Below are positions 44,880 through 54,646 of a DNA stretch of 64,000 bases, piece by piece (the first letter of the stretch is position 1; the number at the start of each line of letters is the position of its first letter). The translations under genes and the position numbers were made by a program. The notes beneath the pieces were generated by a model. The model did not search any database and was not told where the DNA came from. It saw only the letters and a list, made by a program, of their open reading frames with translations. The DNA comes from Planctomycetota bacterium (GTDB lineage Bacteria; Planctomycetota; UBA11346): the NCBI GenBank assembly GCA_023150565.1, contig JAKLKR010000004.1, positions 1-64,000 of the forward strand. The letters run 5' to 3'.

Positions 44880-46496
44880 ATGGCCCTGTCGATCACGCCC
44901 GAGACGCTCGCGCTACTCAAGGACTTCCTGGAGGCCCGACGTGCGTGGGGTCTGCTGCCCGAGTCGCCTGACAGGTTGCTTGCCATTCTTGATGCCATCC
45001 AGCAGCGCGGTGAGCCTGACGCCGCCATCCTGCTCTGGCCGGGTATGGAGAACCGATCTGCCGAGGTTCAGCGGCGTACAATGGAGGTCATGAGCGCTTT
45101 GCTCAACTCAGCCAGTGCCAGCCGAGTGCTCCGCCTCATTCATGAGACCTCCAGGGGTAACCCGATCTGGTCCCAGACCGATCACAAGCGTTGGTGGAAT
45201 CTTACACCGAATACCGTCCACTCCCTGGCTAGGGACCGGCCCGCCTGCGCTGGACTGCTCGTTCTGCTCAGCGGCCACCATAGCGGGTATGTGCGCGAAG
45301 CGGCCGTCCTTGGACTCAATGGTTTGACGATGCCTTGTGTTGTGCCAGCGTTGCGGGAGCGACTCAACGACTGGGTTGAACCCGTTCGTCGAGCCGCATT
45401 GCGGGCCATGTATGGGCTGTTGTCAGTGGAGCATGCGGCTTCATTAGTTGGCGCTCTTGATCTCCTTGAGAGCCTTCGACGCTGCGGTCGCGCTGACCAT
45501 CAAGCTGTGCTCGACCAGATTGATATGGTACTGCGAGAACCTTCTGCTCGCCCGCAGGTTCAGGCCGGCCTATTATCGCACAATCCAGCCATCCGCAGAG
45601 GTTGCTATATGGCACTGCTGCGCGGACCTACCCCTGATGAGTGGTTGTCATGGGGGCTGAAAGCCCAGGACCCGTTGATCTGTCTGCTGGCGGCCCGTGC
45701 CATTCAGGAGCTTCCCCCAGATCGAATTCCTGCTGGTTCTATCGACCGGATGGCAACCAGTGTGCTAAGGCCCGTGCGGCAGATCGCGGTTGAGATGATT
45801 GCAGCCAACGGTGATGTGGCTCGACTGCGCGAATTTCTTCTCGATCAATCGCCAACCTTGCGGGAGTTTGCCAGGTTCTACCTCGCCAAGATTATCGGAT
45901 GTTTTGATGCAAAGTCGTTTTACCGTGACGGTCTCGCCTCGGTCTCGGGATCCAAGGTTTCACGACTTCTTGCCGGACTCGGCGAGACAGGCGACGTCTC
46001 TGATCTTTCCATCGTCATGGCGCATGTATCGCATCGGCGGACAATCGTGCGCCTAGCGGCGTTGCGCGCTCTGGACCGACTTGCTCCAGATGACCTAACC
46101 GATCCGTTTCTGATGGCGCTCACTGATCGATCAGGGCGCATTCGGCAAGCTGCATCCGCCGCTCTATCAGCCCGTCGGTCTGAGATTCCTGTTGAACGGC
46201 TGGTCTCCTGGGCTGGCACTGCAGGTCCCGATGCCCGTCGTTGTGCCGTCCTGCTCCTGAAGGACTATCCCAGTTCGGTTTGCTTCCAGCACCTACTGCC
46301 CTTCTTGAAAGATGCCGATGACGGTGTTCGTGGCTTGGCCGAGACGATCTGCCTACGAGGGCTCAAGCGACTACTCAATCCATTTAACAAGCCCGATCCC
46401 TGGCAAGTGTGGGCTGAGCGGCACTGCGCAGCTTGGTCAGCTGGCCATCGGGAGCGAGTGCAGGAGTTAATCAGAGCGAACATCCAGCGGCGTTGA
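44880..46496 (+). CDS. HEAT-repeat (PBS-lyase-like) protein.
   Basis: Repeated ...VR.AA..AL..L... HEAT-like units (VREAAVLGLNGL, VRRAALRAM, IRRGCYMALL, VRLAALRALDRL, IRQAASAAL). ATG 44880 is 1 nt after the upstream stop. Confidence 0.55.
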   Translation: MALSITPETLALLKDFLEARRAWGLLPESPDRLLAILDAIQQRGEPDAAILLWPGMENRSAEVQRRTMEVMSALLNSASASRVLRLIHETSRGNPIWSQTDHKRWWNLTPNTVHSLARDRPACAGLLVLLSGHHSGYVREAAVLGLNGLTMPCVVPALRERLNDWVEPVRRAALRAMYGLLSVEHAASLVGALDLLESLRRCGRADHQAVLDQIDMVLREPSARPQVQAGLLSHNPAIRRGCYMALLRGPTPDEWLSWGLKAQDPLICLLAARAIQELPPDRIPAGSIDRMATSVLRPVRQIAVEMIAANGDVARLREFLLDQSPTLREFARFYLAKIIGCFDAKSFYRDGLASVSGSKVSRLLAGLGETGDVSDLSIVMAHVSHRRTIVRLAALRALDRLAPDDLTDPFLMALTDRSGRIRQAASAALSARRSEIPVERLVSWAGTAGPDARRCAVLLLKDYPSSVCFQHLLPFLKDADDGVRGLAETICLRGLKRLLNPFNKPDPWQVWAERHCAAWSAGHRERVQELIRANIQRR

Positions 46497-46547
46497 CCAA
46501 TAACAAACAAACCTTCCTTGGTCCTTGGTGTCGTTAGCCGTTCCACA

Positions 46548-47189
46548 CTAAGGGGCCAGGGGATTAAGGATCACCGGCCCGTCCCTTTTCACGTCGCTGA
46601 TCACCCTGCTGATCGGCCACCGGCGCCAATCCATCGCCTGTGCGTGGCTCAGCAGGTCGCTCACGCCAACCTTGGCCGTCAGCCACCGCCCGGTCTCCGC
46701 CAGCGGGATCACCAGGGGCATGCGGTCATGCACCGGCGCGACCACCTCGTTGGCCGGCACGGTCATGAGGATGACGGCGCCAGCTCCGCCCACAGACTCC
46801 CACAGTCCTGCGATGCCGAACAGCCCCGGCGTGGGCGGCATGAAGGCGAAGGGTTGTGGACGCACCGTCTTGTCGGCCGCCGGCTGCCATTCGTAGAACC
46901 CAGTGGCCGGCGCGATGCAGCGACGGCGAGCCAAGGCGGCCTGGAATAGGCGCTTGCCGTGAGCTTCCTCGCCCCGGCAGTTGACGAGCAGCCGGCCGTT
47001 CAGCGCCTCGGGGGTCCAGCCCCAGCGCATGAGGCCGATCCGCCGGGAGGAGTCATCACCCAACAGGACGGGGATCTGCCTGGTCGGGCACACGTTCCAG
47101 GAAGGTTGCCAGTCGATGTCGGGACCACCTGCGTTGAAATGGGCCCGCATCACCGGGATGGTCTCAGAGTTGGCAAAGCGCCCGCACAT
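46548..47189 (-). CDS. SOS-response-associated peptidase (SRAP/YedK, DUF159), an abasic-site DNA-protein crosslinking enzyme.
   Basis: An invariant N-terminal MCGRF (catalytic Cys2), WNVCPT and a conserved His-containing core. About 213 aa. Confidence 0.8.
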   Translation of the reverse strand: MCGRFANSETIPVMRAHFNAGGPDIDWQPSWNVCPTRQIPVLLGDDSSRRIGLMRWGWTPEALNGRLLVNCRGEEAHGKRLFQAALARRRCIAPATGFYEWQPAADKTVRPQPFAFMPPTPGLFGIAGLWESVGGAGAVILMTVPANEVVAPVHDRMPLVIPLAETGRWLTAKVGVSDLLSHAQAMDWRRWPISRVISDVKRDGPVILNPLAP

Positions 47190-47199
47190 GAGCGTGAGT

Positions 47200-47769
47200 C
47201 TATGGTGCGGGACGAATAGCCGCGTATTCGACCAGCGCGATCTTGTGCTGGATGAAGCGGATGGTGATGTCGGTGCTCTTCTTGGCGTTGTCCATGACCT
47301 TGAGCGGTGCGCCGATCCTGAAGGTCACCGGCTGCACTTGGCCGTTGTTGATGGACAGCTCCTGACCGTACAGGTAGGTGCGGTTTACCGTGTCGAGAAT
47401 GGGGTTGAGCGTACCGCTCAGGCCAGGAATGGACCCGCTCCCGTTGTCGAACACCACCGAACCGCCTGGCCGCTTGGCAGCCTTGATCTGGATCTTGTCG
47501 CTGCCCGAGTCGACCTTGGTCATGACCACGCCGTCGAGACCAGGGCCGCCAGCTACGACCGTGACGGGTTCGATGCTCTTGGCCTGGATCTTGGCGAAGC
47601 CAGAGCGCCTGGTGGTCGCGTCCTGGTAGGTCCCGTTGGCGTAGACGAAGTAGACGTTGGCGTTGCCGATGGGGTCGCCGGCCTTGTCCTCGACCCAGAT
47701 CTCGCTGGCACGGAGGCAGCTGAGCTGGCTGGCGACCATCAATGCCATCATGGGGACGAGCCGCATCAT
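47200..47769 (-). CDS. Secreted beta-rich hypothetical protein.
   Basis: Signal peptide MMRLVPMMALMVASQLSCLRA. I chose Met 47769. Confidence 0.45.
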   Translation of the reverse strand: MMRLVPMMALMVASQLSCLRASEIWVEDKAGDPIGNANVYFVYANGTYQDATTRRSGFAKIQAKSIEPVTVVAGGPGLDGVVMTKVDSGSDKIQIKAAKRPGGSVVFDNGSGSIPGLSGTLNPILDTVNRTYLYGQELSINNGQVQPVTFRIGAPLKVMDNAKKSTDITIRFIQHKIALVEYAAIRPAP

Positions 47770-47892
47770 GGTGGCCAGTATGGGTCTGGCTGGTCTTGGG
47801 TCCATAGATGCCCATCCACTGCCAGACAGGTCCCTGGCGACGATGCCGGTCGTGGCGCGGCCTGGCGAACCAACCCACCCGCCCCCGGCATG

Positions 47893-50800
47893 CTACTGCG
47901 CAGTGGGCTCGACCACTTCCCCAGATTGCACCGTCAACGTCACCGCCCCGTAGCTGACCTCGACCACACCCTGCAACCGCAGCGGCCTGTCCCGATCCAG
48001 CAGCGGCCCATAGGTGCGGTAGGCCTGGGGGAACCACACCGTCTCGACCCGACCGGTTTCGTCTTCAAGGGTCACGAAGGCCATTGGTTCCGGCGGCCCG
48101 GCGCTGGAGCCGGGTTTGGGCTTGGGCTTGGCTTCCACCTGCTTGCGGGTGATCGGCCACGCCACCAGGCGCACCCGGGACTTGGCCATCCCGGCGGTCA
48201 GGTCCCGGCAACGCAGGTGATCACCGCGCCGGTCGCAGAAATGGATGGGGTGGCCCGCCGGCAGGAACCCGAGGATGCTGAAGATCTCCCAGGCCAGCAC
48301 GCGAGCGCTGCGTGGTGGGATGACCGGCGGGGTCGGATCCCGCGGCGGCTCCACCGGGAAGATGCGCTGAACGACCCCATCATCGTCTTCCTCGCCGCGC
48401 ACCAGGGGATTGAGGCCGATACTGGTGGCGACCCAGATCACCTGATCGCGGTGGCATTCCGGGCAGAGGGCATCGAGCGCACCGACTCGCGCCAGGATGT
48501 CGAGCTGGCTGGCGCTGAGACCGACTCGCCGACGCAGGTCGGCAATGCCCGCAAAGGGTCGGCGCTCGCGCTCCGCCACCAGCCGCCTGCCGCTCTCCGC
48601 CGACAATCCCGGCAGCAGATGGAGGCCGATACGCAGCGCATCGGCGCCCGCGCGCACGGTCGCCCAGCCGCTGGCGATCACGCAGAGGCCGAGGATGCGG
48701 ATGCCCGAGCGTCGGGCCTCCTCCAGGTAAGCGGACGGCTGGTAGAAACCACCCTCGTTGGCGATAACCCGGGCCAGGAAGTAGGCCGGGTGGTGTGCCA
48801 GCAGATAGGCGCACTGGAAGGACACCATGGCATAGCTGGCCGAGTGCGCCTTGCAGAAGCTATATCCCGCGAATGAGGCGATCATGCCCCAGACCGTGGC
48901 GATGGCCTCGGGCGTAGCGCCCCGGTTTTCGGCCCCCCGGCGGAATTCGTCGGCGAAACGGGTCAGCCGGGCCTGCGTGTCCCAGAGGCCGAGGGCCTTT
49001 CTGAGCGCGTTCGCCTGCCGGTCATCGAAGCCGGCGATCTCGACCGCCGCCAGCATCACGTCCTCCTGGTAGGAGAGAATGCCGTAGCTCTCCGACAGCA
49101 GGCCGCGCAGGGCGGGGTGCGGATACCACTCTGGCAGGTGCTGTCCGGTAGCGCGGTGATGAGCGAGGCGGTCGAGGTAGGTGTTGATCCAGCGATTCGC
49201 CGCTGGGCGGATGATCGAGCTGTGGATCACCAGACGGTCGAAGTCGCCAGATCCGGCCTTGGCCTGCAGCTGCCGCATCGCCGGGCTTTCGATGTAGAAA
49301 CACCCGAGGGTGTTGCCGCTGGCGACCAGGCGCCGGGTGAGCGGATCGTCGGCCGGTCGCCAGCGGTGCTCGTCGATGGTCACGCCGTCCTCGGCCAGAT
49401 CGGTGATGGTGTCGCGCACCACCGCCAATGAACGATTGCCGAGGAAGTCGATTTTGACCAACCCCATGATCTCGGCGCCGTCCTTTTCCCAGGAAATGGC
49501 CGGGACGGGAACGCGGGGCGGTGGCGCCTCGTCGTCGGGGTCGGCCTCCAGGGCGATATGCTTGGCGGCAGGATGGATCGGCACCAGATCGCGCAGCGGC
49601 TCGCGGGTGATGACCACCCCGCCGCAGTGCAATCCGGCATGGTGCGGGATGCCGATCAGGTGCTTGGCCTGGGCCAGGATGCCGGGCCAGGGCTCGGCGA
49701 GGCGCAGCGGCATGCCGTAGCGCTCATGCGCCTTCACCTGGGCGCGCACCGCCGTGGTCTCGCCGTCGCTGCGGCCGTAGGCACGCGCTACCACACGCAG
49801 CGCCGACCAGCGCCGAAGGTGGTTGTGGTTCGCCACCATGGCGACGTGGTCGCGGCCATAGCTGGCCATGGCAGCCGCGAGCACGGCATCGCGTTCATCC
49901 CAAGGGAAGTCGACGTCCAGGTCCGGGGGATCGATACGCGCCGGATTGAGGAAGCGTTCGAACAGCAGGTGATAGCGGATGGGATCGACATTGGTGATCC
50001 CCAGGCAATAGACCACCAACGACGAGGCTCCGCTGCCACGTCCGCAGGTCCGGCGTCCGGCGGCCAGATCAGCGACCGTCAACAGGTAGCCCGAGAACCC
50101 TTTGGCGCTGATTACCGCCAGTTCATGGTCGAGACGCTGACGGATCTCCGGCGTCTCGCGGGTGTAGCGCCGGCGCATCCCGGCCTCGGCGCGCTGACGC
50201 AGTTCGCCATCAGCGTCGGCATAGTGCGAAGGAGGCATGTGCCAGGAGCCGCCCGGCACGTAGGCGCATCGCGCCAGCAGGTCGCGCCCAGCGTCGAGGA
50301 GGAAGCCATGGTGGCGGAAGGCCACGCGCATAACGACGAGATCGGTCAGCGCCACCCCACTGGCGGCGACGCGCCCTTCGCGGTGGGCGACGGCGTGGCG
50401 CACCGCATCGCCGACACGATCAGCGGTGCCGAGATGGGTCAGCACCGGCAACGCCGCCGCCGGCAGGCCGACGGGCGGTGGATCGGGCTCCAGGCCGCAG
50501 CGCCACCAGACCTCGGCCCCGGCGTCGCGCAGCCGCGTGACGGGCCCGTCGTGGCGCACTAGGGCGACGATCTCACCCAGGTCGTGCCGGTCCCGACCCG
50601 CGCCGTCCTGCCACGCCATCCAAGCAGTGGGCTCCTCGGCCTGCCAAGACAGCAGGCGACAGAGGTGGGCGTAAGCGCTGGCGGTCGGAGCCAGCAACAC
50701 GACGTCGTGGTCGTCGTTCGTCGCCACGCCCGGCACGGCCCAGCGCACCGTCGCGCCGACGGCGATGCGCTCGCGTCCCCAGGCAGCGATGGTGGCCGGC

Positions 50801-51042
50801 AACCCAGACAGGCTGTCGCGGTCGGCCAGGAGCACCCGCCCGCACTGCTCACCCAGGCTGCAGCTGGAGCCCAGGGCCTCGGCCCAGACCGCTGGAGCAT
50901 GGACACCCTCCAGCGGCGAGAAGTGCGTTCGTACCGCCAGGGCTGGGGCCTCCCACCCGGCCAGCACGGCGCCGAGACGCCGCGGCTGGAGGCCGACGGC
51001 CGGCATCAGCTCCAGCGGGGGTGGGGTGACAACAGGCGGCAT
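47893..51042 (-). CDS. dnaE2: Error-prone DNA polymerase DnaE2 (ImuC). The start is uncertain.
   Basis: A PHP plus Pol III alpha core (DLDVDFPWDERDAVLAAAM, FAGYSFCKAHSASYAMVSFQCAYLLAHHPAYFLA) and a C-terminal OB region. The ORF-track ORF extends to 51699 with an implausible Gly/Arg/Pro-rich N-terminus, so I chose an internal Met near 51042. Confidence 0.8.
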   Translation of the reverse strand: MPPVVTPPPLELMPAVGLQPRRLGAVLAGWEAPALAVRTHFSPLEGVHAPAVWAEALGSSCSLGEQCGRVLLADRDSLSGLPATIAAWGRERIAVGATVRWAVPGVATNDDHDVVLLAPTASAYAHLCRLLSWQAEEPTAWMAWQDGAGRDRHDLGEIVALVRHDGPVTRLRDAGAEVWWRCGLEPDPPPVGLPAAALPVLTHLGTADRVGDAVRHAVAHREGRVAASGVALTDLVVMRVAFRHHGFLLDAGRDLLARCAYVPGGSWHMPPSHYADADGELRQRAEAGMRRRYTRETPEIRQRLDHELAVISAKGFSGYLLTVADLAAGRRTCGRGSGASSLVVYCLGITNVDPIRYHLLFERFLNPARIDPPDLDVDFPWDERDAVLAAAMASYGRDHVAMVANHNHLRRWSALRVVARAYGRSDGETTAVRAQVKAHERYGMPLRLAEPWPGILAQAKHLIGIPHHAGLHCGGVVITREPLRDLVPIHPAAKHIALEADPDDEAPPPRVPVPAISWEKDGAEIMGLVKIDFLGNRSLAVVRDTITDLAEDGVTIDEHRWRPADDPLTRRLVASGNTLGCFYIESPAMRQLQAKAGSGDFDRLVIHSSIIRPAANRWINTYLDRLAHHRATGQHLPEWYPHPALRGLLSESYGILSYQEDVMLAAVEIAGFDDRQANALRKALGLWDTQARLTRFADEFRRGAENRGATPEAIATVWGMIASFAGYSFCKAHSASYAMVSFQCAYLLAHHPAYFLARVIANEGGFYQPSAYLEEARRSGIRILGLCVIASGWATVRAGADALRIGLHLLPGLSAESGRRLVAERERRPFAGIADLRRRVGLSASQLDILARVGALDALCPECHRDQVIWVATSIGLNPLVRGEEDDDGVVQRIFPVEPPRDPTPPVIPPRSARVLAWEIFSILGFLPAGHPIHFCDRRGDHLRCRDLTAGMAKSRVRLVAWPITRKQVEAKPKPKPGSSAGPPEPMAFVTLEDETGRVETVWFPQAYRTYGPLLDRDRPLRLQGVVEVSYGAVTLTVQSGEVVEPTAQ

Positions 51043-51503
51043 GGAGTCGTTTATGGGTCTATAATAACCCATTCCAGCGACATTCTTGCACTCGCCGGAT
51101 GTTAACGGATTACATACTGTCACATCATAGCTTGCGTCGATATTATCACTCCCGTCGACTCCCAATCCAGGTCGACTCAGGCCAAGGACTTCTGCTGCCA
51201 GTCGGCGTCGTTGACCATCCGACGCGCCGGCCGGGAGACGGAGAAAAGCCTGCGACCAGCATCCGATAGGGTACGGTATCGTGGTCTCCGCCTGGCGTGG
51301 GCTAACGCCCATCTGCAGCCAAGGGGTGCGTGATCTCGACCCACATGCACTCCGCCTGAGGGGCATCGGCAACCCGCACTCGCAGGATAAAGTGCAGCCG
51401 GACCAGATCGCCGATCCGCTGCGAAGCACGTTCGGAGAGGGCAGGGATGAAGAAGGTGTCCGGGTTCTCCCGGACACAGCGTTCGACATCCTCAAGATCC
51501 CGG

Positions 51504-53501
51504 TCAGCCATGTTCCACTTCGTGTTGGCAGGCAGCGACCTGCATCGCCTGGCGCTGACAGGTCAGGATCCAGGTCGACAGCAGGAGGACCTCGGCACGT
51601 CCGCGGCCCTGGGCTTCGACCAGCCGGGCCAGGGCGGCACTCAGGCTGCCTAATCCCAGACCGCGCGCCTCGGATGCCGCCGCCGTCACCAGGGGCCATT
51701 GGCGGAAGGAGCGCATGCCGGCATTGCCGAGGGCAAGGCAGGCATCCAGGCAGCGATCCAGGACCGGCGAGGAGCCGAGCGGCATGGTCTCGTCGTCGGT
51801 ATCCTCCTCCAGGCCATCGTCTTCCTGGGCCGGAACGGAGAGGCTCGGCGGCGTTGGCTTGTCGGCCTGCGTCAGCGATCTGATGCCCGCGGGATCCACG
51901 AGGCTGATCGGATGCAGGCTGATCCCATCCGCCGTGATCTGGAGGCGGGCGAGCAGGCTGCGGTCCGCAGCATCAGGCAGCGATTCCACCTGGCTGATGG
52001 CCGCCTGCGTGTGGGCTGACTGCGGGATGATGATGGGGATCTGCCGGCCTCCCACATCCACCAGGCCACGGACCAGCAACTGCCGATGGGTGTCGAACTG
52101 GGCCGGCAGCCACTTGGCCGGGCGCACCAGCACAATGTCGCTGTTGACCTTCCGGTCAGCGAACCCGATCGGACACAGATCCGGGAGGCGGGTCCAGAGA
52201 TCTCGCCAATCCGCGGTTGGCGTCGGGAGATCAGCGATAGTCGTGGCATGCTGGGCATGCCAGCGGCTGGCAGGTCGTCCAGACAGCCGCTGGGCACGAT
52301 TGCGCCAAGCACCCATGAGGACGCCGCTGGCCGTGCTGATATGAGTCGGGCTGGTCGCACCCGGCCAGGGGCCCGGAGCTGCAGCCCGACTCATCGGATC
52401 GAACTCCGCGGTGGTGACCGGCCTGACTTCGCTCCAGGTGCACCAGCTGCGGTTGTGCTGGTCCCAGAAGTAGACGGAGAGGCCCTGGTATCCGGACAAC
52501 GTCTTCCAGGCCTCCAGGCCGGCACCGACGAGCTCAAGATTGTGCACCCGTTCGTACTGGGAGCGATGGACCCCGACCAGTTCCGGCGTCGGCTTCGTCA
52601 GGGCCTTGGACAACGCCCAGCAGGCGGCGGTCCGTTCCAGCAGCCGGGCATCCGAGGCCTGGGGGTCCCGCGACAGCCAGCCATCGATCTCCTGGGCCAA
52701 ACCCCGCACCAGGCGCTCCAGGCGGGGCAGATCGACGCCATGGGCAGCCATGGCCATGGTCCGGAACCGCTCGGCGTGGGTCGGCCCCGTCCGGGAGAAG
52801 CCCAGGCTGACCAGATCCTCGCAGAGGGCCGCCACCTCCTCGCAGACCTCGGGTCTGGTGCGGACGGCCCCGGACGATGCCTCCGGTACGGCATCCTCCC
52901 GCTCAATGGTCCGGCGTCCCTGCTGGACCTGCCAGGCCAGGACGACCGCCACCCGATGCACGCAGACACCCGGTTCATGGCAGGAGCAGAGCATGCCTCC
53001 CAGGCCACCACCCGGCATCCACCGGCATTCGGCGTTCCATTCCGCGATCCTGCCGATGAAGGGCGCCCCATCCTCGCAGGCGACGGATAGGCCGATCGCG
53101 AGTTCCCGACGGGCGCGCTTCCACATGGCCTTGCCGGCCCAGCGCTCCAATTCCTCATCCGGCAGTGCCGTGATCTCCGCGCCGCTTGGCTTAGGCGCTG
53201 AGGCGGCAACCTGGCCGGTTGCCGGCGCTGACCCGAGGTGCAGCAGGCAGGCCAGGATGTGGCGGCAGATGCCGCCGGCTGGGCAGGTACAGCGCGATTC
53301 GGCCGGCCGTTCGGCAAGCACCACCGTCTGCTGGTCCCAGCGCAAAGACACGCCAGCGGCTGTCTCGTCCAGGACCTCCGGCTTGGCCGATTCGAGGTCC
53401 TTGCGGGCGCGGCGAACCAGACCGCGGTTGGCGAGGGCGATCAGCTCATCGTCACCGAGCATCCGCGCGACGGCGGCGATGCGGTCGGCGAGGGCGCTCA
53501 T
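51504..53501 (-). CDS. SWIM zinc-finger protein (YehQ-like).
   Basis: CTCPAGGICRHILACLL matches the SWIM CxC...CxH motif. Last gene of the five-gene operon. Confidence 0.65.
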   Translation of the reverse strand: MSALADRIAAVARMLGDDELIALANRGLVRRARKDLESAKPEVLDETAAGVSLRWDQQTVVLAERPAESRCTCPAGGICRHILACLLHLGSAPATGQVAASAPKPSGAEITALPDEELERWAGKAMWKRARRELAIGLSVACEDGAPFIGRIAEWNAECRWMPGGGLGGMLCSCHEPGVCVHRVAVVLAWQVQQGRRTIEREDAVPEASSGAVRTRPEVCEEVAALCEDLVSLGFSRTGPTHAERFRTMAMAAHGVDLPRLERLVRGLAQEIDGWLSRDPQASDARLLERTAACWALSKALTKPTPELVGVHRSQYERVHNLELVGAGLEAWKTLSGYQGLSVYFWDQHNRSWCTWSEVRPVTTAEFDPMSRAAAPGPWPGATSPTHISTASGVLMGAWRNRAQRLSGRPASRWHAQHATTIADLPTPTADWRDLWTRLPDLCPIGFADRKVNSDIVLVRPAKWLPAQFDTHRQLLVRGLVDVGGRQIPIIIPQSAHTQAAISQVESLPDAADRSLLARLQITADGISLHPISLVDPAGIRSLTQADKPTPPSLSVPAQEDDGLEEDTDDETMPLGSSPVLDRCLDACLALGNAGMRSFRQWPLVTAAASEARGLGLGSLSAALARLVEAQGRGRAEVLLLSTWILTCQRQAMQVAACQHEVEHG

Positions 53502-54646
53502 CCGATCACCTTGGAGACCCAGGTGGCCAAGTGGTTCGGGGTCATGGCCCCGACCTCGGCGCCGGCGGCGACGCAGGCCTCTGCCGATTGGCGGTCGTAG
53601 GTCGGCTGGGCGTTCCTATCGAGGGCGGCCAGACCAAGGACCTTGACCCCATCCGACTTCAGTTTGCGGATCTGCGCAACCAGCGGCGTGATGCTGCCGT
53701 TCTCCATGAAATCCGTGACGAGCACCAGGATGGTCTTGGAGGGATGCTCGACGAGCGAGGCGCAGTAGCCGACGGCGCCGGCGATGTCGGTGCCTCCGCC
53801 CAACTGCACGGACATCAGGACCTCGGCCGGATCGTGGACGTGGTCGGAGAGGTCAACGACGTTGGTGTCGAAGGCGACGAGCCGGACCCGTACCGTGGGC
53901 AGGCCGGCGAAGATGGCGGCGATGACGGCACTGTGGATGACCGAGTCGGCCATCGAGCCGCTGCAGTCGACGGCGATGATCACATGCCAGGCCACATGCT
54001 TGCGGGATCGGTTGCGGAACACCAGATCGCGGGCCAGGAGCCGGCGATGGCGGGGGTCCCAGTGCTCCAGGTTCTCCCGCACCGTGGCCTTGAGATCCAG
54101 ATTGCGGCTGCAGCGGCAGCGCGAGCGCTTGTTGCGGTCGAGGCGACCCCACAGGGCCGGCTTCATCTCCTTCTCCAGCCGACGACGCAAGTCCTCCACG
54201 ACCTTGCGGACGATGGTCCGCGCCAGATCGAGCGTCTCGCCGGCCATCAGCCCTTTGAACGTCAGGACGGCCTTCAGGAGATCGTAGCTGGGTTCGAGGC
54301 GGCGCAGCGTCTCCGGATCGGTGACCAGCTCAGTCATGCCGTAGCGATCCAGGGCATGCCGCGTGATCACCTCGCAGGTGTCCGCTGGAAATAGATCGCG
54401 GACCTCGCGCAGCCAGGTGGGGATCTCCAGCACCGAGTCGCCGCTGCCGGCACCAGGACCCGACGCCCGACCGCCCTGCCCCACGCGCAATCCACGCCGC
54501 TGGTATTCACGGTTGTAAAGGAAATCGAGGACCCGGTCGACCCGTGTTCCGTGCGCACCGAGGGTCTGCCCCATCCGGTCCTCGGCAAACTGGCCGAGGA
54601 TGAGCCGCCACCGTTCAGCTGCCTGGCGATCCATCGGGTCAGGCAT
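53498..54646 (-). CDS. VWA-domain protein (YehP-like).
   Basis: MIDAS motif VIIAVDCSGSM and downstream VWA core. Overlaps neighbouring genes by 4-8 nt. Confidence 0.7.
   Translation of the reverse strand: MPDPMDRQAAERWRLILGQFAEDRMGQTLGAHGTRVDRVLDFLYNREYQRRGLRVGQGGRASGPGAGSGDSVLEIPTWLREVRDLFPADTCEVITRHALDRYGMTELVTDPETLRRLEPSYDLLKAVLTFKGLMAGETLDLARTIVRKVVEDLRRRLEKEMKPALWGRLDRNKRSRCRCSRNLDLKATVRENLEHWDPRHRRLLARDLVFRNRSRKHVAWHVIIAVDCSGSMADSVIHSAVIAAIFAGLPTVRVRLVAFDTNVVDLSDHVHDPAEVLMSVQLGGGTDIAGAVGYCASLVEHPSKTILVLVTDFMENGSITPLVAQIRKLKSDGVKVLGLAALDRNAQPTYDRQSAEACVAAGAEVGAMTPNHLATWVSKVIG

Noticed and set aside
46981-50562. Plus-strand ORFs of 631 aa and 334 aa.
   Set aside because: Antisense to dnaE2, whose PHP and polymerase motifs are on the minus strand.
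52086-54394. Plus-strand ORFs of 334, 368 and 391 aa.
   Set aside because: Antisense to the SWIM and VWA genes. Arg/Gly-rich with no motifs.
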